Source of the DNA: Bradyrhizobium sp.
Lineage (GTDB): Bacteria; Pseudomonadota; Alphaproteobacteria; Rhizobiales; Xanthobacteraceae
Direction: 5' to 3'
Assembly (NCBI GenBank): GCA_035575905.1
Contig: DATLXL010000023.1
Location: 4,617 to 68,616, forward strand
Length of the DNA: 64,000 bases
In this document: one piece after another, positions 57,124 to 64,000 of the stretch
Layout of the letters: each line of letters starts with the position of its first letter
Position numbering within the stretch: the first letter of the stretch is position 1
Notes under the pieces: model-generated
What the model was told of the DNA's origin: nothing
The model's database searches: none
Seen by the model: only the letters and a program-made list of their open reading frames with translations
Made by a program: the position numbers and the translations under genes

Positions 57124-57843
57124 GTGTCCGACATCTCCGGCGTGAAAGCCCTGGTCTTTGACGTATTCGGTACCTGCGTTGACTGGCGCACCAGCCTGAT
57201 CGACGATTTCACGAAGTGGTCGGAGAAGCGCGGCATCAAGGCCGACTGGACCGCGCTGGTCGACGGCTGGCGCGCGGTCTATGCGGCCTCGATGGACGAA
57301 GTGCGCAAGAACCCGCAAAAGGGCTACGTCATCCTCGACGTGCTACACCGCCGCTCGCTGGAAAAGCTGGTGGCGCAGTTCGACATCAAGGGCCTGACCG
57401 AAGCCGATCTGCACCATCTCACAATGGGCTGGCACCGCCTGCATTCATGGCCGGACACCAATGCCGGCCTCGCACGGCTGAAGAAGAAATACATCATCTC
57501 GCCGCTCTCCAACGGCAATGTCGCGCTGCTCACCAACATGGCCAAGTTCGCCGGGATGCCGTGGGACCTCATCATGTCGGCCGAGTTGTTCGAGCATTAC
57601 AAGCCCGATCCGGAAACCTATCTTGGCGCGGCAAGGCTGCTTTGCTTGAAGCCCGAAGAAGTCATGATGGTCGCGGCCCATAACAACGATCTCAAGGCGG
57701 CGCGAAAGCTCGGACTGAAGACGGCCTTTGTCGCCAGGCCGACCGAATATGGCCCGCTGCAGAAATACGATTTCGAGGCCAATGATAATTGGGAAGTGGT
57801 GGCCAAGGATTTTGGCGGCGTTGCCGACAGGATGGGCTGCTGA
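57124..57843 (+). CDS. Haloacid dehalogenase type II (HAD superfamily)
   Basis: HAD motif I ALVFDVFGTCVDW. A GTG start at 57124 (GGGAG 5 nt upstream) or at 57118. Confidence 0.85.
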   Translation: MSDISGVKALVFDVFGTCVDWRTSLIDDFTKWSEKRGIKADWTALVDGWRAVYAASMDEVRKNPQKGYVILDVLHRRSLEKLVAQFDIKGLTEADLHHLTMGWHRLHSWPDTNAGLARLKKKYIISPLSNGNVALLTNMAKFAGMPWDLIMSAELFEHYKPDPETYLGAARLLCLKPEEVMMVAAHNNDLKAARKLGLKTAFVARPTEYGPLQKYDFEANDNWEVVAKDFGGVADRMGC

Positions 57844-57903
57844 AGCGCGAAGATCGTGCTCTGGCCGTTGGCGGGGATCGCGCCGAGCCAGCCAAGACCC
57901 TTG

Positions 57904-58242
57904 TTAGGTCTCGTAGCCGCGCGTCGGATGGATAGCCACCGGCGCGCGGGAGTGGTCCTGATGGAAGCCGCGGCGCTTTCCATCGAGCGAAAGCGGGACG
58001 CGCTTGGTGAGCAGCCCATTGCCGCCGGAGGCGGCGATCACGCGGAAGTTCGAGCCGACCAGCCGCACCCGCGCTCTGTCCGCGGCGCCGACGCACGCCC
58101 TGCACGATGGCACGGGCCGGCTCGCGCGCGATGGCCTCAAGCTGCTGGCCGACACTGCAAATGCTTGCCTCAGTCGGGGCACCCGCCGCTTTCCTGTGGA
58201 TCGGCGGGACTCACGAGCGCCTATTGGTGCCTTCGTCGCCAA
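57904..58242 (-). CDS. Hypothetical protein; only the C-terminal ~58 codons look convincingly coding
   Basis: Strong G/C third-position bias from about 58080 down to the stop (VRLVGSNFRVIAASGGNGLLTKRVPLSLDGKRRGFHQDH...). The N-terminal half is Arg/Ser-rich and dubious. No family recognised. Confidence 0.3.
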   Translation of the reverse strand: MATKAPIGARESRRSTGKRRVPRLRQAFAVSASSLRPSRASRPVPSCRACVGAADRARVRLVGSNFRVIAASGGNGLLTKRVPLSLDGKRRGFHQDHSRAPVAIHPTRGYET

Positions 58243-58384
58243 TCTTGCCTAACCAGCGGTTTAATTTCCGCGCTGCTGCAGGTAGTACTACGGAGACCGG
58301 TTGCGCGTTGTCTGTGCGAGTCGAATATTTCCGGCGGTCGACCAGGTGCGGGCGGTGGTCGCGCACTGACTATCCGAAGGGGCC

Positions 58385-60226
58385 ATGACGCTTCCCGCAT
58401 CCGCACTGCCGATCGAGGCGCCGCAGGCGTTCCTCGGCGTTGCCAGGTCGGCGACCGGAAAGCTCTGGCGCGACCGGCTCGACGCGCGGGGGCAGGCGCG
58501 GGCGCTCGCGATCGCGCAGCGCCACCAGCTGCCGGAAATGCTGGCGCGGGTGCTGGCGGGCCGCGGCGTCGAGATCGATGCGGTGCAGGATTTTCTCGAT
58601 CCGACCATCCGCAAGCTGATGCCCGATCCCTTCACCGTCACGCAGATGGAGGCGGCAGCAACGCGCATCGCGGATGCGGCGATGCGCGGCGAGAAGGTCG
58701 CGATCTTCGGCGACTATGACGTCGACGGCGCGACGTCGGCGGCGCTGCTCGCCTGGCACTTGCGGCATTGCGGGCTCGATCCGCTGATCCACATCCCCGA
58801 TCGCCTGTTCGAGGGCTACGGCCCCAACACTGAAGCGGTGCGCATGCTGGCAGGCAAGGGCGCCACGCTGTTGGTAGCGGTCGATTGCGGCACCACCAGC
58901 ATCGAGCCGCTGGCGGAAGCCAGGAAGCTCGGGATGTCCGTCGTCGTCATCGACCATCACCAATGCGGCGAACAATTGCCCGAGGTCGACGCGCTGGTGA
59001 ACCCGAACCGGCCGGACGATCTCTCCGGGCTCGGCTATCTGGCCGCTGTCGGCCTCGTGCTGGTTACGCTGGTCGCGGTGAACCGTGAACTGCGCCAGCG
59101 CGGCTTCTGGAGCGCGGAGATGCCGGAGCCGGACCTGCTCGGCGCGCTGCATCACGTTGCGCTCGGAACCGTCGCGGACGTCGCGCCGCTGACCGGGCTG
59201 AACCGCGCCTTCGTCGCCAAGGGGCTGATCGCGATGCGCCGGCGCGACCATGTCGGTCATACCGCGCTGATGGACGTGTCGCGGCTGAACGGCCCGCCCG
59301 AAGCCTGGCATCTTGGCTTCATGCTGGGCCCGCGCATCAACGCGGGCGGGCGCATCGGCCGCGCCGATCTCGGGGTGCGGCTGCTATTGGAGGGCGATGT
59401 CTCCGAGGCCGCGCGGATCGCCGCCGAGCTCGACCGCCTCAACAGCGAACGGCGGCTGATCGAGCAGGCGGCGGAAGCGCAGGCCGAAGCCGAGGCGCTG
59501 GCCTCGCTCGGCCTCGAGGACAAGGGCGCGGTGATCGTCACGGCGTCCGAGGGCTGGCATCCCGGCGTCGTGGGCCTGGTCGCCGCGCGGTTGAAGGAAA
59601 AATTCGCGCGGCCGGCGTTCGCGATTGCGCTGGAGCCCGGCGGCATCGGCACCGGCTCGGGCCGCTCCATCTCCGGCGTCGATCTCGGCAAGGCGGTGCG
59701 GCAGGCGGTGCACGACGGCCTTCTGATGAAAGGCGGCGGCCATGCCATGGCCGCGGGCGTAACGCTGCGCAGGGAGCGGCTGGCCGAATTCCGCGCCTTT
59801 ATGGAAAGCGCGCTCGCTGCCGATGTGGCCAATTCCCGCCATGAAAACGAGGTGTTCATCGACGGCGCAGTGGCGGCGCGCGCGGTGACGCCCGAATTCG
59901 TCGGCACGCTCAGTCGCGCCGGCCCGTTTGGCGCCGGCAATCCGGAGCCGGTCATCGCGCTGCCGTCGCACCAACTCGTCTTCGCCGACGAGGTGGGGCA
60001 GGCGCATTTGCGCCTGCGCTTCAAGTCCGGCGACGGCGCAATCGTCAACGCCATGGCGTTCCGTGCCGTCGGTCAGAAGCTCGGCAATGCGCTGCTGCAG
60101 AACCGCGGCCAGCAATTGCATGTCGCGGGTTCGCTCGCCGTGGACCGTTGGCAGGGGGCCGAACGTGTGCAAATGCGTGTAGCCGACGTCGCCGTGCCCG
60201 ACGAGGGACCGGCGATAATCAGGTAG
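58385..60226 (+). CDS. recJ: Single-stranded-DNA-specific exonuclease RecJ
   Basis: DHH motifs AIFGDYDVDGATSAA and VVIDHHQ, plus a DHHA1 region (GGGHAMAAG). Confidence 0.93.
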   Translation: MTLPASALPIEAPQAFLGVARSATGKLWRDRLDARGQARALAIAQRHQLPEMLARVLAGRGVEIDAVQDFLDPTIRKLMPDPFTVTQMEAAATRIADAAMRGEKVAIFGDYDVDGATSAALLAWHLRHCGLDPLIHIPDRLFEGYGPNTEAVRMLAGKGATLLVAVDCGTTSIEPLAEARKLGMSVVVIDHHQCGEQLPEVDALVNPNRPDDLSGLGYLAAVGLVLVTLVAVNRELRQRGFWSAEMPEPDLLGALHHVALGTVADVAPLTGLNRAFVAKGLIAMRRRDHVGHTALMDVSRLNGPPEAWHLGFMLGPRINAGGRIGRADLGVRLLLEGDVSEAARIAAELDRLNSERRLIEQAAEAQAEAEALASLGLEDKGAVIVTASEGWHPGVVGLVAARLKEKFARPAFAIALEPGGIGTGSGRSISGVDLGKAVRQAVHDGLLMKGGGHAMAAGVTLRRERLAEFRAFMESALAADVANSRHENEVFIDGAVAARAVTPEFVGTLSRAGPFGAGNPEPVIALPSHQLVFADEVGQAHLRLRFKSGDGAIVNAMAFRAVGQKLGNALLQNRGQQLHVAGSLAVDRWQGAERVQMRVADVAVPDEGPAIIR

Positions 60227-60253
60227 CGAACAAGAAAAACGCAGGGAGTGAAT

Positions 60254-61102
60254 ATGGTGGGGCAGGTTGCAGGCAAGGTGGCGCTGGTCACGGGCGGATC
60301 ATCCGGAATTGGCGCGGCGTGCGTCGAACTGCTGGCGCGCGAGGGTGCGTCGGTCGCGGCGACCGATATCGACGACCTCAACGGCCCGGAGCTCGTTGCC
60401 CGGGTCAGGAAAACCGGCGGCGAGGCGACGTTCTGGCATCAGGACGTCACCAGCGAAGCGCGATGGACCGAAATCGTGGCCGAGGTGGTCGCGCGTTACG
60501 GCCGCCTCGACATCCTCGTCTCCAATGCCGGCATCGGAATCGGCGTGCCCTCGATCACACAGATGACGCTGGACGACTGGCGGCGGCAGAGCGCGATCAA
60601 TCTCGACGGCGTGTTCTTGTCGGTGAAGCACTGCCTGCCGGCGATGCGCAAGGGCGGCCGCGGCGGTTCGATCATCCTGATGTCGTCGCTCGCGGGCCTG
60701 CGCGGCGCGCAGTCGCTCGCAGGTTACTGCGCGACCAAGGGCGGCGTGCGGCTGTTCGCCAAGGCCATCGCGATGGAATGCGCCTCGTTTGGCGACGGCG
60801 TGCGCGTCAATTCCGTGCACCCCGGCATCATCGATACCCCGATCTGGGGCAAGATCCCGACCAGCGCCAGCGGACACGGCCAGAACGCGCCGATCGATCC
60901 GGAAGAGCGTGCAAGGCTCGCGACTCCGTTCGGTCGTGCCGGCCACGCCATGGAGATCGCGCAGGGCGTGCTTTATCTCGCCTCGGACGCCTCGAGCTAC
61001 GTCACCGGCATGGAGCTTGTTATCGACGGCGGTATGAACGCAGGGGGAGCGTTGCGAATGCCCGACGCGCCCGCGTTTCCCACGCCGGATTTCGCGCGGT
61101 AG
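60254..61102 (+). CDS. SDR-family oxidoreductase
   Basis: AGGGAG upstream of ATG 60254. ALVTGGSSGIGAA and catalytic YCATKGGV. Confidence 0.88.
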   Translation: MVGQVAGKVALVTGGSSGIGAACVELLAREGASVAATDIDDLNGPELVARVRKTGGEATFWHQDVTSEARWTEIVAEVVARYGRLDILVSNAGIGIGVPSITQMTLDDWRRQSAINLDGVFLSVKHCLPAMRKGGRGGSIILMSSLAGLRGAQSLAGYCATKGGVRLFAKAIAMECASFGDGVRVNSVHPGIIDTPIWGKIPTSASGHGQNAPIDPEERARLATPFGRAGHAMEIAQGVLYLASDASSYVTGMELVIDGGMNAGGALRMPDAPAFPTPDFAR

Positions 61103-61121
61103 CCAGGCGCGGGCAATATCG

Positions 61122-62030
61122 TCAGGTTCTCCTCATCCAGAACGAGGCGGGCTCGACATCTGATGAGCTCACAAAATCCAGCTGGTCCTTGATCGCGTGC
61201 ACCGGGATTTCGATCCTGAAATTCGGGTTCATGCTGAGGAAAGCCTGCAGCATGTATTGCTCGTTCCAGAAGAAGCGGAATGTCCTCAACCAGGCTTCCG
61301 GGTAGTCGTCGGGCAGGAAGATGTCGTGCACGTGAAGGATCACGCCCGGCGCCAGCGTGGGCATGATTTCCAGGATTTCATAGACCACGTCACTGTCGAA
61401 CCTGACGACGTGCGTGGAATCGATGAACAGGATGTCACCGGATTCCAGTTCCTGGAATTTGGCCAGCGGCACATCCTGCAACGGCTTTTCGATGATCTCG
61501 GCCTTGATTGCGTCATTGCGTAGATAATCCGGCAAGAACGGCTCAATACAGGAGAACCGTGTTTCCAGCGATCCATCCCTGATCGCCGCATCAATCGCAA
61601 AGCTGCTCATCCCGGAGCCGATCTCGATGACGCGCTTTGGCTTGGCCTCTCGCACTGAGGCGTAAAGCAGCGCTGCATCCAGCGGGTGGAAGCCGGCGTT
61701 GTTCGGATTGAATCCGTTCGCTCCCGACAGCAGGCGCGCAATGCCCTCCTGATAGCGAGAAAGAAGCTCGCGTGCACGCTGTGCGCCGCCGGCGATATCC
61801 AGTTGAATTCCGGCAAGACGGGTCGGCCTCCGCCTGGAAGTGTCGGAGTCGTTTGGAATGGGCGTGTAGTAGTGAACGGGCAGGATATGTAATCCCTTGC
61901 GTTCCGCGTATTCGAACAGCGGCCCCCGCCAGAGCTGCCAATAGCCGTTATACAGGCCGGATGATTGGAGGGCGTTGACGCCGAATTTGGCAGTCATGTC
62001 ACGCAATTTGGCTCTTAGCCGGCCGATCAT
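61122..62030 (-). CDS. Class I SAM-dependent methyltransferase (Methyltransf_24/CmcI-like), AT-richer
   Basis: Motif I RVIEIGSGMSS, later ILFIDSTH and ILHVHDIF. Many A/T-ending codons relative to its neighbours. Confidence 0.72.
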   Translation of the reverse strand: MIGRLRAKLRDMTAKFGVNALQSSGLYNGYWQLWRGPLFEYAERKGLHILPVHYYTPIPNDSDTSRRRPTRLAGIQLDIAGGAQRARELLSRYQEGIARLLSGANGFNPNNAGFHPLDAALLYASVREAKPKRVIEIGSGMSSFAIDAAIRDGSLETRFSCIEPFLPDYLRNDAIKAEIIEKPLQDVPLAKFQELESGDILFIDSTHVVRFDSDVVYEILEIMPTLAPGVILHVHDIFLPDDYPEAWLRTFRFFWNEQYMLQAFLSMNPNFRIEIPVHAIKDQLDFVSSSDVEPASFWMRRT

Positions 62031-62171
62031 CGATCATTTCCATTGAGAATGGGCGGCCGAAGTCCTACTCCACGTAGCTATCCCCGCCTAGCTCTGATCG
62101 GACGCTTCAAAAAACTTTCATGAACGCAACCTAAAGCGACGCGTGCGGTAACGGCGTCGAACGTTGCGGGG

Positions 62172-63401
62172 TTAGCTACCCTGCCTCAGACGCGCGAGAA
62201 CTTTCAGTCCGCCGTAACCGTCGGCGGGCAGCAGGCCCATCTTGGTCTGGTAATCCTTGACGGCCTTCATGGTGTCGTTGCCGACGCGGCCGTCGGTGCC
62301 GCCGGTATCGAAGCCGGCTCTTGTCAACCGCGTTTGCACTTCCTGCACTTCCGCAAGCGTCAAGGCGCGTTCGGAGCCGGGGAAGGGATTGATGAAGGGC
62401 GGTGCGCCCTGGATACGATCGCCGAGATGGCAGATCGCCAGTGCGTAGTTCATCGAGGGATTATAGCTCTTCACCGAATAGAAGTTCGGACCCAACAGGA
62501 ACGCCGGGCCGCCGGCGACCGGCACCCACATCTGTGCCGACGCACTCGGCTGCGGAAACGGCTGGCCGTCGGCGCGGGTGACGCCGCTACTCGCCCACGC
62601 CGCATAGGTGCGGCTGCCGCTGGGGGCGCCACCGGACGCGCGGACCTCGTAGCCCCAATGTTCACCACGGTGATACTTGCCGCGGTTGAGCAGGTATTTC
62701 GCACTTGCGCCGAGCGCGTCGTCCGGCTTGCCGAACGGCGAGACCTTGCCGTCGCGGTCATAGTCGATGCCGACATTGAGCCAGACTTCCGGCATCCATT
62801 GCGTGTGGCCCATTGCGCCGGCCCAGGAGCCGCGCATCTCTTCCGGCGTGCTCCAGCCGCGATCGACGATCTTGAGTGCGTTAATCAGCTCGGTCTCCCA
62901 ATAGGCCTTGCGGCGCGGCTCGTTCCAGGCGAGTGCGGCGAGCGCTGGGAAAACCGGTTTCATGTGGTTCTGCTGCACGAGCGGATCGCCATAGGCGGAC
63001 TCGACGCCCCACAGGGCCAGGAGCGTGCCGCGCTCGACGCCAAAGTCCTGCTCGATCCGGGCGAACAGCGCCTCGTTCTTCCGCAAGGCCTCCTTGCCGT
63101 TGATGATGCGCCAGTCGGAGACGCGACGGTTGATGTATTGCCAGATCTGCTCGTGGAATTCCGGCTGCTTCTGCATCTGCCGGAACACCGACATGTCAGG
63201 TTCGATGCGGCCCATCACACGGGTCCAGGTTGCATCAGAAATACCCCGGGCCTGCGCGCGGGCGCGGAACGCGTCGCGCCATTGATCGAAGCCGGGTGGG
63301 TTTGCTGCCAGTGCCGGGGCTGCGAACAGGGCAGTTGCGCCGGCGGCCGCCTTGAGCAAGGTGCGGCGCGTGGGCAGGACGATGGAATCGGGCTGTTTCA
63401 T
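62172..63401 (-). CDS. Lytic murein transglycosylase (MltB/Slt35-like) with C-terminal peptidoglycan-binding domain
   Basis: Tat/Sec-like leader (RRTLLKAAAGATALFAAPALA), transglycosylase core (WGVESAYG, GAMGHTQWMP), PG_binding_1-like LTRAGFDTGGTDGRVGNDTMKAVKDYQ. Confidence 0.88.
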   Translation of the reverse strand: MKQPDSIVLPTRRTLLKAAAGATALFAAPALAANPPGFDQWRDAFRARAQARGISDATWTRVMGRIEPDMSVFRQMQKQPEFHEQIWQYINRRVSDWRIINGKEALRKNEALFARIEQDFGVERGTLLALWGVESAYGDPLVQQNHMKPVFPALAALAWNEPRRKAYWETELINALKIVDRGWSTPEEMRGSWAGAMGHTQWMPEVWLNVGIDYDRDGKVSPFGKPDDALGASAKYLLNRGKYHRGEHWGYEVRASGGAPSGSRTYAAWASSGVTRADGQPFPQPSASAQMWVPVAGGPAFLLGPNFYSVKSYNPSMNYALAICHLGDRIQGAPPFINPFPGSERALTLAEVQEVQTRLTRAGFDTGGTDGRVGNDTMKAVKDYQTKMGLLPADGYGGLKVLARLRQGS

Positions 63402-63590
63402 CCGGCTATTCTAGCGGCGCTGCCTGCCGGCACCAAAAGGCAAGACGCCGCGGGAACTGATTTTCCTGCAGTTTGTGGCGATTTTGGACAGCCGGGGCGT
63501 GCTGTTCTGGGGCCTGGCACGGCCGCGGGCCACCGTTATAAGGGCATTTGCAAGAACGAGAGCACGGCTGGGTCACCCGAGGGAATATCA

Positions 63591-64000
63591 ATGTCACATG
63601 CGCGCAGCGAGTACACGGACTTTCAGAAACTGGCGCCCGATGCCTTCGAGATCGTGCGCGCGCTGGGCCAATTGGCCGCCAGGGCCGGCATCGACAAGCA
63701 ACTGCTCGAGCTCATCAAGATACGCGCGTCGCAGATCAATGGCTGCGCCTTCTGCCTGCAGTATCATATCCTGCAGTCCGAGACGCTCGGCGTGCCCGAG
63801 GACAAGATCAATCTCGTTGCCGTCTGGCGCGAGGCGCCGCAATTCTCGCCGCGAGAACGCGCCGCGCTGGCGTGGACGGAAGCACTCACCATGCTGCCGC
63901 ACGGTGTCGGCGACGATGTCTTCGCGCAAGCGAGCGCCGAGTTCAGCGAGCGCGAGCTGATGTACCTGACGTCGGCGATTGCCTCGATCAATACCTGGAA
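63591..64000 (+). CDS. Carboxymuconolactone decarboxylase / AhpD-like family protein (3' end outside the window)
   Basis: Absent from the ORF track because no stop falls in the window. My translation from ATG 63591 is MSHARSEYTDFQKLAPDAFEIVRALGQLAARAGIDKQLLELIKIRASQINGCAFCLQYH..., which carries the family CxxC motif. Confidence 0.8.
   Translation, partial: MSHARSEYTDFQKLAPDAFEIVRALGQLAARAGIDKQLLELIKIRASQINGCAFCLQYHILQSETLGVPEDKINLVAVWREAPQFSPRERAALAWTEALTMLPHGVGDDVFAQASAEFSERELMYLTSAIASINTW

Noticed and set aside
51529-57318. 394-aa ORF antisense to phaC, 373-aa ORF antisense to the aminotransferase/hom junction, and 473-aa ORF antisense to glpX
   Set aside because: The same reasoning applies. 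Each overlaps a confidently identified gene on the other strand and has a low-complexity composition.
63475-63960. 161-aa tracked ORF at the window end
   Set aside because: It is Arg/Ala/Ser-rich and out of frame with the convincing AhpD/CMD-family ORF that starts at 63591 and runs off the window. The latter is annotated instead.
1-64000. Search by eye for rRNA, tRNA, tmRNA, CRISPR arrays, intact transposases, integrases or phage structural genes
   Set aside because: None were found. All spacers longer than about 100 bp are accounted for by promoters, REP-like palindromes or gene remnants. tRNAscan or Infernal would be needed to exclude small RNAs rigorously.

Overview
GC-rich alphaproteobacterial chromosomal segment. 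Gene content, synteny and the many REP-like palindromes suggest a Bradyrhizobium/Rhodopseudomonas-type (Nitrobacteraceae) genome; this attribution is an inference. Most of the window is core housekeeping: mrcA 3' end, prfB with its programmed +1 frameshift, a complete suf Fe-S operon (nifS-like, sufBCDS, sufT, sufA), tyrS, anmK, rhlE, parE, argC, phaC, hom, glpX, recJ, two Omp25/31-type porins, SDRs and transporters. I saw no rRNA, tRNA or CRISPR array. Accessory or decayed patches are: (1) an XRE / DUF2281-like antitoxin / MazF module with a primase-like stub, wedged after the suf operon at 30.86-32.09 kb; (2) a mosaic at 41.86-43.9 kb holding a malic-enzyme fragment, an AT-richer PAS-GGDEF gene and an IS3 orfA stub, bracketed by direct repeats; (3) three apparently disrupted genes (MFS transporter, MBL hydrolase, DUF1697 stub); (4) AT-richer single-gene inserts (membrane protein at 1.47-2.1 kb, methyltransferase at 61.1-62.0 kb). 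I found no convincing multi-gene novel system. The observations I rank highest are three 12-bp palindromes (ATGCA-NN-TGCAT) in front of a Cys-type GST gene, the possible three-component toxin-antitoxin module, a peroxiredoxin with a histone-H1-like basic N-terminal tail, a secreted caspase-fold protein with an unassigned C-terminal domain, a membrane-anchored LytTR regulator head-to-head with an acyltransferase, and mutually exclusive hairpins in the rhlE leader. All calls come from reading the sequence and the ORF track only. Family names rest on remembered motifs, not on searches.
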